Of a stretch of DNA of 64,000 bases, positions 40,066 to 50,968 are shown piece by piece. Origin of the DNA: Coleofasciculus sp. B1-GNL1-01 (GTDB taxonomy: Bacteria; Cyanobacteriota; Cyanobacteriia; Cyanobacteriales; Coleofasciculaceae). The stretch lies in NCBI GenBank assembly GCA_040220235.1, contig JAVJTO010000031.1, one strand, 5' to 3'. Under the pieces are notes generated by a model. It was not told the DNA's origin and did no database searches. It was given only the letters and a program-made list of their open reading frames with translations. The translations under genes were made by a program, and so were the position numbers. The first letter of the stretch is position 1. Every line of letters starts with the position of its first letter.

Positions 40066-40581
40066 ATGAATAAGAAGAATCTGCTTCGCAATATTCTCAT
40101 CGGTACGGGTGTGGCTGCGGTTGGTGGTATTGGAACGAAAATGGCGGTTGATTATTTACGCAACCGAGACCAAGAAGAAGTGGTTGATGAAAGTCAAGAA
40201 GAAGCAGAACCTGCATCTGAAGAAGAAGTTGCTTATGCGACAGTTGCCACAGATTCGGTACAAAGTTTCCTTGATGCTAGCTTTGGTGATGAAGGTCGTT
40301 ATACGCCCACTCGTCCGCCTAAGGTTTTCGAGTATCAGGGACAACAATATATGGTGATTTGGGCTTACGACAATCAGAAAGATAAAAATCAAATGTTGGC
40401 ATTTGCTTACACCGATGAAGGGCGGAAAATGATTGCTAGTGTGGGGTATACAGCCGACACAACAGATTATAATGTGAACCTGGAAGATACCCCCTTCTGT
40501 GTTGATGTAAATGGAGAACAAGTTACATCAGGACAAGGTGAAACCTCTGGCGCAGAAGAGGTGGACTTTGTTTTAGCTTAA
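40066..40581 (+). CDS. Acidic protein with N-terminal anchor, function unknown
   Basis: GAGGAG SD; hydrophobic N-terminus, acidic linker, beta-rich domain. Confidence 0.75.
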   Translation: MNKKNLLRNILIGTGVAAVGGIGTKMAVDYLRNRDQEEVVDESQEEAEPASEEEVAYATVATDSVQSFLDASFGDEGRYTPTRPPKVFEYQGQQYMVIWAYDNQKDKNQMLAFAYTDEGRKMIASVGYTADTTDYNVNLEDTPFCVDVNGEQVTSGQGETSGAEEVDFVLA

Positions 40582-40680
40582 GCTGAATTGAATTGGGTTT
40601 AATATTACCCGTTGTGGTAGGATGAGGTGGTTTAAACAACCACCTTATTTTAATTTATTTGTCGTTATCCTAAAAATCGA

Positions 40681-41340
40681 ATGACCAGTGATTTGCAACC
40701 CACCCTAAACGTACAAGCTGCTATTGAACAGCGCCGTGCGGCGCGTTCTTTTCGCCCGGATACGATTCCGGAGGCTATTTTAACAGAAATATTTCGCTTA
40801 GGCGTGCGATCGCCCTCCGGTTACAACCTGCAACCCTGGCGATTTGTAGTGGTGCGGGAAGCGGCGAATCGGGAAAAACTCAAAACCTGTGCCTTTAATC
40901 AGCGTCAGGTGGGAGAAGCTCCGGTAATATTAATTTGTTGTGGCGATCGGCGCATCAACCAAAAGGAGTATATTGAATCCGTGATTCAATTGGGACAAGA
41001 AGCTGGTGCAATGAATGACGCCTATGCTGATACACTGCGATCGGCGGTTCCTCAGTTATTTGAAAATAAACCCTGTTTTGACTCCATAGAAGCCTGGACA
41101 AATCGCCATACGATGTTAGCCGTGGCGCATTTAATGATTGTGGCAAAAAGTTTTGGCGTCGATACCTGTCCCATGGAAGGATTTACCACTGCACAAGTAA
41201 AGGAAGCGTTTAATATTCCAGCAGATGTGGATGTTTGCTGTTTGTTGGCGATGGGATATGCGGCTGAACCATTTAAAGAATACGGCGGACGCTTTGATGT
41301 TGAGCAGGTTTTTTATCAAGAAAGTTTTGGTGAATCATAA
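40681..41340 (+). CDS. Nitroreductase family protein
   Basis: RRAARSF, SPSGYNLQPWRF, DTCPMEGF. Confidence 0.92.
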   Translation: MTSDLQPTLNVQAAIEQRRAARSFRPDTIPEAILTEIFRLGVRSPSGYNLQPWRFVVVREAANREKLKTCAFNQRQVGEAPVILICCGDRRINQKEYIESVIQLGQEAGAMNDAYADTLRSAVPQLFENKPCFDSIEAWTNRHTMLAVAHLMIVAKSFGVDTCPMEGFTTAQVKEAFNIPADVDVCCLLAMGYAAEPFKEYGGRFDVEQVFYQESFGES

Positions 41341-41404
41341 GTAGTTATCTCTGTCCGGTTAACTAAGTTTCCAGAGGCAGAGGGGGAAAGATAAGATAGT
41401 AACA

Positions 41405-42004
41405 ATGGATATAACAATTCAGTCTCAATCCCTCCCGATTCAAGGAGCGACCATTCATTATCGAGAAGCGGGCAATCCGACAGCGCCTTCAGTGCTATTT
41501 TTGCATGGCGCAAGTTTTAGTTCCCAGACGTGGCAAGACATTGGCAGTTTAAAATTATTGGCGGAAAACGGATATCGGGCTGTAGCAATTGATTTGCCCG
41601 GTTATGGTCAATCTCAGGAAATATCTGGTTCTCCTGAAGCATTTTTACGGGAATTCATTGTGCAATTAAACTTGCCAAAGCCCATTCTTGTTTCTCCTTC
41701 CATGAGTGGCAACTATAGCTTGCCATTTCTTGGCAAGCATCCAGACATGTTAAAAGGATTTGTTGCTGTTGCGCCTGTGGGGATTTCTCGATTGAGTTCT
41801 CAATTACAAAGAATAGAACTCCCTATCCTAGCAATTTGGGGAAGTAATGATAATATTGTACCCGTGGCACAAGCCGATAAATTACTGCAAGCCATTCCCA
41901 CTGGTAAAAAAGTTATTTTAGCTGAGGCAGGTCATGCTTGTTATATGAATAAAACCGATGAATTCCATCATCATTTGCTTGAGTTTATTCAAGCTAATAA
42001 TTAA
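41405..42004 (+). CDS. Alpha/beta hydrolase (ABHD14-like)
   Basis: FLHGASF, DLPGYG, SPSMSG, AGHACY. Confidence 0.88.
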   Translation: MDITIQSQSLPIQGATIHYREAGNPTAPSVLFLHGASFSSQTWQDIGSLKLLAENGYRAVAIDLPGYGQSQEISGSPEAFLREFIVQLNLPKPILVSPSMSGNYSLPFLGKHPDMLKGFVAVAPVGISRLSSQLQRIELPILAIWGSNDNIVPVAQADKLLQAIPTGKKVILAEAGHACYMNKTDEFHHHLLEFIQANN

Positions 42005-42035
42005 TGATTCATCGTTAATTAATCTCTGGAAATCC

Positions 42036-42479
42036 ATGCCTATTTTGAATAAATTACTCGAAATCGAAACGGAGTCAGGAATTACTATCTGTAATGTGAC
42101 GCCTCACATTGAGAAGCTTTTAGCACAAACCTCTATTCACAATGGGCAAGTGCTTATCTTTTCCCGCCACACAACCACAGCCTTAGCGATTAATGAAAAT
42201 GAACAACGATTGTTAGAGGATATTAAGGTTTATCTGAGAAAATTAGCGCCAGACTCTGACCGCTATTTACATAATGATTTACACCTAAGAGATGTGCCAG
42301 ACAATGAGCCGATGAATGCTCATTCGCATCTTATGGCAATGACACTGAGTACCAGTGAGGTAATTCCGATTGTTGATGGCAAGTTAGCACTGGGAACCTG
42401 GCAATCGGTCTTATTTTTTGATTTAGATGGTCCGCGAAAACGGACGCTATTTGTGCAAATTACTGGGGAGAGGAGATGA
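42036..42479 (+). CDS. yjbQ: YjbQ/UPF0047 family protein
   Basis: HTTTAL..NENE, NAHSHL, LGTWQ...DGPRKR. Confidence 0.88.
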   Translation: MPILNKLLEIETESGITICNVTPHIEKLLAQTSIHNGQVLIFSRHTTTALAINENEQRLLEDIKVYLRKLAPDSDRYLHNDLHLRDVPDNEPMNAHSHLMAMTLSTSEVIPIVDGKLALGTWQSVLFFDLDGPRKRTLFVQITGERR

Positions 42480-42882
42480 GAGTGTCTTTCACCCTCATCG
42501 AGTTGTCTTAACCGATTCCTCGTACTTTATGGGTCACATTCGGGTATTATTGGTGTTTACGCCAATATCTGGTATCAGTAACCTAGCTAAATCCCCAAAA
42601 AATTTGTAGGACTACGATACAAATTTCTCAGGCAATACGTTTAGACTCACTGGGAGCAAATTGGCGGAGTTCCATCACTATTTTCTTTAACAACAAGGAG
42701 AACAACAATGACCCGTGCGTTGCAATTCATCTTCGGGTTAGCCTTTGCTATATGCTTGGGAATAGCACCCCGCGATCGCGGTAGAACGTCCCTTCGATTT
42801 GACGGGAACAGGCACATTATAGGTAATGACTGATGATAAGCTGTTCGGCATTTAAACCTTAATATCAATAATGGCTAAATCC

Positions 42883-42937
42883 TTGTAGTGCGTTAAGCGA
42901 AGCCATGCCGCAGGCTTTGCATCTTGCTCGCTACTAA
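42883..42937. repeat. Second copy of the 55-bp dispersed element
   Basis: Identical to 13132-13186. Confidence 0.85.
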
Positions 42938-43107
42938 TACCCAATTTAAATGCATGACAGCTTAACGGACAGTTGACCAGTGGTGAGCTTAATGCTTCGG
43001 GTACAGCGACCTACTTAGGAAAATGGACTCAAACTGGAAACTTGACGTAAGGAAATGATATTGTAGAGACGTTGCCTGCAATGTCTCTACTCTCAGAGGG
43101 AAAGCTT

Positions 43108-43653
43108 ATGCTGACTGAACTACAAACGCGCAAACTGACTAAATTTTTCAGTATGCACGATGCCAAGTTTGATGGCGCTTTAGCTTATCAAGATTTTGAA
43201 AATATTATAAAAAAGTTAGCCGCATTAAGACACTGGGGTTCACGCTCTCCTAGGTATCAAATTTTACTGAATAACTGTAATCGCAACTGGGAAGAATTGA
43301 AACGAGATGCAGATATAACCCACAATAAAAAAGTTAGCTTAGAAGAATGGTTATCCTATTATTCTATTATTTTAAATGATGAAGAGAAATACCTGCACAA
43401 CATCCATTTCTTTATGGAATTAGTTTTTGAGGTGTTTGACAAAGATGAAGATGGAAAAATTAGCCAAGTAGAGTGGGCAGGGATTTTAAGTGTTTACAAT
43501 GTATCGCCTGTTTATGCTCCACGAGTATTTCCTAAATTAGATACCAATCAGGATGGTTTTTTAAGCAAAGAGGAAGTCCTGCAACTCATTCGTGAGTTTT
43601 TCTACAGCGACAATCCAGACATTCCAGCTAACGAGATGTTTGGACCTTATTGA
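43108..43653 (+). CDS. EF-hand calcium-binding protein (calerythrin-like)
   Basis: DKDEDGKISQVE and DTNQDGFLSKEE loops plus two degenerate EF hands. Confidence 0.88.
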   Translation: MLTELQTRKLTKFFSMHDAKFDGALAYQDFENIIKKLAALRHWGSRSPRYQILLNNCNRNWEELKRDADITHNKKVSLEEWLSYYSIILNDEEKYLHNIHFFMELVFEVFDKDEDGKISQVEWAGILSVYNVSPVYAPRVFPKLDTNQDGFLSKEEVLQLIREFFYSDNPDIPANEMFGPY

Positions 43654-43768
43654 TGTAGAGGTGTGGGGGAACCGGGGAGCAAATGTTTATTACTGATAAG
43701 TAGTTGTTTCAGCCGTTAAATCTGCCCTAAACGTTATGACGACAAGCTATAATTTAAACCTAAAAACA

Positions 43769-43791
43769 CAGACGTAGCCTGCTACGTCTGT
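43769..43791. terminator. Inverted repeat between convergent genes
   Basis: CAGACGTAGC-CT-GCTACGTCTG hairpin. Confidence 0.5.
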
Positions 43792-43816
43792 ACTTATTGT
43801 TCTATTTTGCCTATAC

Positions 43817-44209
43817 TTAGACAGCGCCGGGTCCTCGACCACGCTCATCTTTTTCCATCGTCAACTCGCCTTGGCGTTCTTCATCGAGTTGTTGCAGTTC
43901 TTGGCGGCGTTTAGCCGTCTCTTGTTCTTCTTTTTGGCGCAAGTCACCCGGTTCGTTGACATACATTTCGGGTTCAACGGCAAAGTTATTCACTAAGCCT
44001 TCATTATCTACGGTATAACCCTCAGTAGTGTTGATACTATCAGGATTCGTTTGGTTCTCTTCCGTAACCTTCGTCTTATAGTTATCTCCTTCCCGTTCAT
44101 GACGGGCGGCTGTTTCCGCCGGAACAATCTTTCTGTCGTAGGTTTCGGATTTAATTTGCTCTTTTGTCTTGGCTTGGCGATCTGAAGGATTTGTCTGATT
44201 CATATTCAT
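43817..44209 (-). CDS. Hydrophilic conserved cyanobacterial hypothetical protein
   Basis: PAETAAR, GYTVDNEGLVNNFAVEPEMY. Confidence 0.75.
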   Translation of the reverse strand: MNMNQTNPSDRQAKTKEQIKSETYDRKIVPAETAARHEREGDNYKTKVTEENQTNPDSINTTEGYTVDNEGLVNNFAVEPEMYVNEPGDLRQKEEQETAKRRQELQQLDEERQGELTMEKDERGRGPGAV

Positions 44210-44619
44210 ATATAAGTCCTCGAAAATCATCAATATGTATGTATTTCACTTTCCAAGTTACATAAGGATGAACTGACGTGCATCCCTCTGGCGAATTAAA
44301 TTAAACTCACCTTAGAGGCGTTCAGCACAAATGCATCCCTCTATGGACTTAAACTTTAAAGAGAGATGAGAGAGATGGGGGTGTAGAAACGTGCCATGGC
44401 ACGTCTGGGGGATGGGAGTGGGTTGAGTAACATCAGGGTAAATGACCAATCAGCAGAAACGTGGGGCAATTGGTGATAAAAGTTACAATAGTCCAGAGAG
44501 TCGGTCAAAAATAAGGGTTGACGTATCGGACAAGATGTGTGTAAGTAAAAACAACACTTTATTTGCTCTGCCATCCCCGTTTTGACTTATTACTTATTAC
44601 TTATTACTTGATCGTAGTT

Positions 44620-45771
44620 ATGTCATCATCTCGAAAGCCGCCTTATATGAGAGACTTTGCTCAGTTTGAGCAACATGTGGCAACGATTTTTCAGAACGAG
44701 GGGTGGACTGTTACCACTCCCGACCCCAAGCCGCCAGAGTATGATTTAGTGGTTAGCAAAGAGGGTCAAACTGGTGCGGTTCATCTGAAATGGTTGATCA
44801 GTAATGTTCAAAAACCCCAAATACTCCGATTTCTAGGCTTTTTAGAATCGAAAGCGGGTCAAGACTTTAACTGTGGTTTTTTTATCACCACTAAAGGCTA
44901 TGGTGCGCCCGCCAATGCTTTAATTCGCTCTTGGGGGTCAGACGCTAAAATCCAATGTGGAATTGCAGCAGACACCCAAATTCTCTGGGTGAATGAGGAT
45001 GAATTACCGCCGCCAGAACCGCCGAAACCGGGTAAAATTTATGTTGGCGTTTTTACCTGCAAAGGTGGCGTCGGCAAAACCACCGTATCTGCTCATTTAG
45101 CGGGTGCATTTGCCCTAGAGGGATTTAATGTGGCGCTTGTCGATTTAGACCCGGAACAAAACCTACAAAAGCTATTAGGCGATGGGGTGGATGTTCCCCG
45201 ACCTAGAGGTGTTGGTGCGAGTACCTACATCGCCGTCTATGACTGGCGTGAGTGGCACGAAGATGCGGCACGGGATTGTAAAATGGTCGTTTGTGATTGT
45301 TCCCCTGCCTTAGAACGTAACCCGAAAGAGCTGGTGAGTCAATTTGACTATTGTATTATTCCCACCACCTTAAATCCCTTGGGACTGAACAAACATGGTC
45401 AAGTGATTAAAGATACGGTAAGAGGCATCCGAGAACTCAATCACAACGCTCACTTATTTGTACTGGTTAATAATTTTAAATATCCCGGCTCTAAACGGCG
45501 ATTGCGGTTGCTCAGAGATACGTTTTTGAATACGTATAATGAGGTCAAAGCCATCGATCATAAGTTCCACTGCATTGATCCCAAATACGCTTGTATTCGC
45601 TCTAGTGATCAACTGTATTATTGGGGAATTCATTTACTGGAAAATCCTGACGAAGCTCGCAGTGAGTTAGCGTTTAAACTGGTGGGCGGAATTTGTTATC
45701 CCCGCGATGATTTTATTAACCTCGCCGATTATATTGAACGGGAAGCAGGGTTAGGGATTCTCCGGAATTAA
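44620..45771 (+). CDS. Mrr-like endonuclease-fold domain fused to a ParA/Soj-like ATPase
   Basis: [12 protein letters not shown]....YDLVV..AVHLKW...[27 protein letters not shown]. Confidence 0.8.
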   Translation: MSSSRKPPYMRDFAQFEQHVATIFQNEGWTVTTPDPKPPEYDLVVSKEGQTGAVHLKWLISNVQKPQILRFLGFLESKAGQDFNCGFFITTKGYGAPANALIRSWGSDAKIQCGIAADTQILWVNEDELPPPEPPKPGKIYVGVFTCKGGVGKTTVSAHLAGAFALEGFNVALVDLDPEQNLQKLLGDGVDVPRPRGVGASTYIAVYDWREWHEDAARDCKMVVCDCSPALERNPKELVSQFDYCIIPTTLNPLGLNKHGQVIKDTVRGIRELNHNAHLFVLVNNFKYPGSKRRLRLLRDTFLNTYNEVKAIDHKFHCIDPKYACIRSSDQLYYWGIHLLENPDEARSELAFKLVGGICYPRDDFINLADYIEREAGLGILRN

Positions 45772-45970
45772 GAGCAGGGGTAGCAGGGGGAGCAGGGGTA
45801 GCAGGGGGAGCAGGGGGAGCAGGGGGAGCAGGGGGAGCAGGGGGAGCAGGGGGAGCAGGGGGAGCAGGGGGAGCAGGGGAAGATGAGGGAGATGGGGAAG
45901 ATGAGGGAGATGGGGAAGAGAATTTACAAAGGACATAAGACGAATGACGAATGACGAATGACGAATGACA
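45772..45970. repeat. Tandem 9-mer (GCAGGGGGA)~11, duplicated 18-mer, and TGACGAA heptamers
   Basis: Directly visible. Confidence 0.95.
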
Positions 45971-46087
45971 TAAGACATTTGCTGTCAACGCAAAGAAAGA
46001 CTACAGAGAGTAGCCGAGCGATCGCATAACCTGGTAAATCTGTACTCAACCCTATTTGGGGTTTAGCTGTAAATTTATAAGATTGCG

Positions 46088-47602
46088 ATGACGACTAACG
46101 CTAAATACGTCCTAGCCCTTGACCTCGGTACCACGGGGAACCGAGCCATTCTATTTGACAAGCAAGGTGCGATCGCGGGACAAGTTTATCAGGAATTCAC
46201 CCAACACTACCCCCAACCGGGTTGGTTGGAACATGATCCCCAAGAAATTTGGCGGGATACTCGCGACTGTATGCAGCAAGTCTTAAAGGATAAGGGGGTT
46301 TCGGCGTCGGAAATTGCGGCGGTTGGTTTAACCGTACAGCGCGAAACTTGTTTACTCTGGGATAAGACAACAGGGGAACCGTTGCATAATGCGATCGTTT
46401 GGCAGGATCGACGCACCGCCGCCCGATGTCGGGAGTTAAGCCAACAAGGGCATGATGCGGATATTCAAGAACGCACTGGATTAGTCCTGGATGCCTATTT
46501 CTCAGCCACGAAGTTAGAATGGCTGCTGAATTGGGTGCGCCAGGAAAAACCGGATACCAACTTCGATAATGTTTTAGCTGGCACTATTGATACCTGGATT
46601 CTCTGGAATCTCACCGGGGGCAAAGTCCACGTTACCGATCACAGTAATGCCAGCCGCACTATGCTGATGAATCTCGCCAATCAAGATTGGGATCACAGCC
46701 TCTTGGATTTATTTGGCATTCCGGCTCAGATTTTGCCCCAAATTCAACCCAGTATGGGACTGTTTGGTAAAACTGAATCCAGTTTGCTAGGGGAAGAAAT
46801 TCCGATTATGGCGATTTTCGGTGACCAACAAGCGGCGCTGTTTGCCCACGGTTGCGATCGCCCGGGTATGCTCAAATGTACTTATGGTACAGGTTGCTTC
46901 TTAATTTCCTATACGGGCAAAGAACTGACGCGATCGGGCAATCGACTCCTTTCCACCGTCGCCTGGACAAATGCCGCAAATGGTAGTGGCACTGATGTGG
47001 CTTTTGCCCTAGAAGGGGCGATGTTCACCACTGGGGCTTGTATTCAGTGGCTGCGAGATGGTTTACAACTGATTAATTCGGCTGCCGAAACTGAACCCCT
47101 AGCCAGTCAAGTCGAAGATACCAATGGCATCTATTTTGTTCCGGCTCTCAGTGGTTTAGGTGCCCCTCACTGGGATATGAGTGCCAGAGGTGCATTCCTG
47201 GGTATTACAGGCGGTGTCAAGCGGGAACATATGGTACGGGCGGTATTGGAATCGATCGCCTATCAAGTCAGAGAAGTCGTTGATGCCATGAACAAAGATG
47301 GCGACACCCCTATCGAACTGCTGAAAGTAGACGGTGGTGCGTCTCAGAATGACTTCTTAATGCAGTTTCAAGCCGATGTCCTCAACATTCCCGTGGAACG
47401 CCCCGCCGTTCTCGATGCAACAGCGCAAGGTGCGGCATTTGGTGCAGGGTTAACCGTTGGGTTCTGGGATGATTACCATAAGCTCGTTACCCAAACCGCC
47501 ATCGAACGTACATTCGAGCCAGGAGAGGGGGCAAAACCTGCCCAGGATAATTTTATCGGTTGGCAGAAAGCCGTTGAACGCGCCAAGAATTGGGTAGAGT
47601 GA
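46088..47602 (+). CDS. glpK: Glycerol kinase
   Basis: LDLGTTG, QRET, WQDRRT, GDQQAALF, KCTYGTGCF, VDGGA. Confidence 0.96.
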   Translation: MTTNAKYVLALDLGTTGNRAILFDKQGAIAGQVYQEFTQHYPQPGWLEHDPQEIWRDTRDCMQQVLKDKGVSASEIAAVGLTVQRETCLLWDKTTGEPLHNAIVWQDRRTAARCRELSQQGHDADIQERTGLVLDAYFSATKLEWLLNWVRQEKPDTNFDNVLAGTIDTWILWNLTGGKVHVTDHSNASRTMLMNLANQDWDHSLLDLFGIPAQILPQIQPSMGLFGKTESSLLGEEIPIMAIFGDQQAALFAHGCDRPGMLKCTYGTGCFLISYTGKELTRSGNRLLSTVAWTNAANGSGTDVAFALEGAMFTTGACIQWLRDGLQLINSAAETEPLASQVEDTNGIYFVPALSGLGAPHWDMSARGAFLGITGGVKREHMVRAVLESIAYQVREVVDAMNKDGDTPIELLKVDGGASQNDFLMQFQADVLNIPVERPAVLDATAQGAAFGAGLTVGFWDDYHKLVTQTAIERTFEPGEGAKPAQDNFIGWQKAVERAKNWVE

Positions 47603-47627
47603 TATCCTCAATTTGATTCACCCTCAG

Positions 47628-47660
47628 CTTCCCCGCCCTCGCCCCAGGCGGGGAAGTTTA
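47628..47660 (+). terminator. Putative intrinsic terminator after glpK
   Basis: CTTCCCCGCC/GGCGGGGAAG 10-bp stem followed by TTTA. Confidence 0.6.
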
Positions 47661-48002
47661 TCTGTAAGTACAAATCATCGAACTTAATTATAAATATAAC
47701 TAATGCTGATTAATCAGGGGTTTAATCCGTCAATAGCTCTAATCAAAAATCCGGTAAACCCTTGCCAATAGCGTCATTGACTGGCATAATTATGCCGCCT
47801 ATATCTGGACACTAACGGCTTGATGTACATATAAGAATAACTGATTTAATATTCAATTAACACTTTCATTCCTAATCCTGTTTAAACTTTTTAACTTTTT
47901 TTCGTAGTATCAGAAGTGAGGCAGAAAATGTTTGCCAATTAGCTGATGCTAGCTTGGTCAGTATACTAAGGCACAATTGATTCTGCTGCTTCAGAGTAAT
48001 AG

Positions 48003-48314
<312 letters not shown>

Positions 48315-48390
48315 TTCTGTCAATATTACTCAGGCGTTAACTCACTCGCCTAATCCATCAATAAGCCTGCTAACTATCTTAGTAGGGAAG

Positions 48391-48422
48391 GCAGGAACAC
48401 CATTTTTTTGTGTTCCTGCTTA
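48391..48422 (+). terminator. Hairpin downstream of petF
   Basis: GCAGGAACAC/GTGTTCCTGC stem. Confidence 0.55.
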
Positions 48423-48714
48423 AAACATATATGGCGTTTTCATTTGCGATGTGGAACTCACGAGAGTAGACAAAGGGAACAGGGAACAGGAAACAGTAGG
48501 AAAGAGGTACAGGTGTTTTTTTATGTGATGAGAAACTAGCATTGGATTCCATAAATGATTTGGAATTGCTCTAGAAGAAGACACCGCTTTTCCCTACATG
48601 ACGTGAGGATAAAAACCGTGTTATTTTCGCTGCCAGCCAGACTCAGGTCAAGCTGTAGAGAGACTAAAACATCTCCAAACAGCCACCCATGAACCATCAA
48701 CAATGAACAATTAT

Positions 48715-49050
48715 TTACCCTCCTAGTTGTAACTGTGTTTCTGTTCTGGGATGAGGTATTGCTTGAGGAATTGGTAACTCCAGGCTTCTCGGTGATTTCT
48801 TCTTGAGTTGCTGGAGTTGTTTTCGACTCGCTTTATCTTTGTTAATAAAACGGTTATTGAGAGTTTGAATTTCCTGGAATTCACTGTCGGCGGACTTAAA
48901 TAACCACTTATCATCCGAGTCAAACTCAAACATCGAGGTTAAGTGACATTGAGTAGGATGACTATATCGCATACATCCGCTATCAGAAGAGTTGGCATCG
49001 CAAAAAGGGCATTGAATTTGGGAACACGTATTCATAGTAGACTGTGACAT
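48715..49050 (-). CDS. Possible hypothetical protein with Cys/His-rich N-terminus
   Basis: ORF with CPFC...C..H...CH; no recognised family. Confidence 0.35.
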   Translation of the reverse strand: MSQSTMNTCSQIQCPFCDANSSDSGCMRYSHPTQCHLTSMFEFDSDDKWLFKSADSEFQEIQTLNNRFINKDKASRKQLQQLKKKSPRSLELPIPQAIPHPRTETQLQLGG

Positions 49051-49729
49051 AGGTGAATTTTTCTTCAACCTCAACAGGCACGGAAATTAAGACATTTCAT
49101 CCTTACCTTAACATTTCTAGACTCATTAAGTGAGGCTTAGGTTCCGATGTCCTCAAGGCTCCTACCCTAAACTTTCCCTAGGGGGGTAGCTATAAATTCC
49201 TTATTATATAAAGCTTTTATAAACATCCCCATGGTGGGGATGTAGTTATAAGGGCTTATGCCCCCTTGTCTTCATGGAAGATTCACAGAATTTTACCGTT
49301 ATTTTTACTCATACTTTAAATAAATTTTTACAACCAATTATTCTTCTGAGCAATTAAATTGGAACACCTCAATTATTCTCTCAAGCTATCAAATTACTTT
49401 TGGAAATTTGATTCCGAAGTAAAATTATTAATCATTTTCTTTTGTGACTATAAAAACTGTAAAATGTAACGAACGCTACGGAATATTTTCCATTATAACC
49501 ATTACTTTTCACAACAACTGCTGAGATGAAAGAGAGGAAAGCTATAGCCCTACGGGGATACGTTAGGACATTCCCCTGTTGCCTATTGCCTGTTGCCTGT
49601 TGCCTTTTCACCCAATTGTATTGTCCTAACCTTAATGCGTAGTGCTATATATTACGATGAAATCGGGCGCAAAGCTTTGCGCCCCTACAGTGTATGAGAC
49701 TAATCCATCAAATTAGGTGTGCCACGCCA

Positions 49730-50836
49730 CTAGGCTAAAAAACTGGATAAACTCGGTACATCTACCCAACTGTTCTGTTGATGTGATTGATGGGTTAAAT
49801 CCATTAATAATTGGGAATAGACTCCTTCCGCCAGCGAAGGACTCTGATGTTTATCCGCATCAATACTTTGTACCCACTGATCCACAACCCGAATAAAGGG
49901 TGCTAAACGTCCATCCGGGTAAACTTGGGGAAATGCTAGTCGTTTGGGAATGTCTACTTCTGACAGCGATTCTCCAGCCGGGGCTGCCCAAAGCTGAAAT
50001 CCATGAACATAATCGTTTTGGTTGGAACTGCCCAAAACCAACGTTCCGCGATCGCCATAGACTTCGACAAAATGCCCCCGCCCGTTATAAGTCACGGAAC
50101 TGATGCAAAGTTGGCAAGGTGTACCATCGGCTAATTCCAGCATGATTAAGCCCGTATCATCGGCGTCTACAGGTTTTAGTTTCCCCCCTTCACTCGGATC
50201 AGGGCGTTCGGGAATGGCTGTATTCAGTTGGGCGCACAACCGACGTACCGAACCAAACAGCCAATTAATGTAATCAAACGAATGAGACGCCACAGCACCC
50301 AATGCACCGCCGCCCTTCTCTTTTTGGGCGTACCAGTTCCAAGCCCGTTGCGCGTTAGCCCGACTGGAGACTAACCAGTCAATTTTAATCAGACGCTTTT
50401 GACCAACGTAGCCGGATTCTAAGTGTTCTGCCAAGAGTTGCCATGGGGGAACAAAGCGAAATTCAAAATCTGGCATAGCTACAACCCCTTGCTTATTGGC
50501 GAGGTGATAGAGATCTCGCGTCTCGGTGGCTGAGAGGGTCATTGGTTTTTCCAATAACAGATGCTTCCTGGCTTGCAACACTTGCTTTGCCATTTCGTAG
50601 TGAAGGAAGGGTGGGGTAGAAATGCTCACCGCTTGGACATCTGGCATCGCTAGTATATCCTCCAGGCGATCGCTCGCTTGGGGAATATTATGAGATTCAG
50701 CTACCGACTTGGCTTTCTCCAGGTGAGGATTATAAACCGCTACCACCTGCGTGCGGGGGTGAATCTGAAAACCTGGGATATGAATTTTCTGTCCAAATCC
50801 GGTACCGATTACAGCAACTCCAATTTGATTTGTCAT
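49730..50836 (-). CDS. Gfo/Idh/MocA oxidoreductase
   Basis: IGTGFG, STPPFLH, LLEKP, GGGALGAVASH. Confidence 0.9.
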   Translation of the reverse strand: MTNQIGVAVIGTGFGQKIHIPGFQIHPRTQVVAVYNPHLEKAKSVAESHNIPQASDRLEDILAMPDVQAVSISTPPFLHYEMAKQVLQARKHLLLEKPMTLSATETRDLYHLANKQGVVAMPDFEFRFVPPWQLLAEHLESGYVGQKRLIKIDWLVSSRANAQRAWNWYAQKEKGGGALGAVASHSFDYINWLFGSVRRLCAQLNTAIPERPDPSEGGKLKPVDADDTGLIMLELADGTPCQLCISSVTYNGRGHFVEVYGDRGTLVLGSSNQNDYVHGFQLWAAPAGESLSEVDIPKRLAFPQVYPDGRLAPFIRVVDQWVQSIDADKHQSPSLAEGVYSQLLMDLTHQSHQQNSWVDVPSLSSFLA

Positions 50837-50968
50837 TTGTTTTTCGTCATTGGTCATTCGTCATTGGTCATTCGTCATTCGTCATACTCGCGGAACGCCA
50901 AGCAAGCTAAGTCATTCGTTAGGGAACAGGTGAGAAGAAATTCAAATTTATCGCTCATAACTCATACT

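Noticed and set aside
45716..45988. ORFs encoding PAPPAPP / LPLLPLL runs
   Set aside because: Translations of the 9-mer tandem repeat; no independent coding evidence
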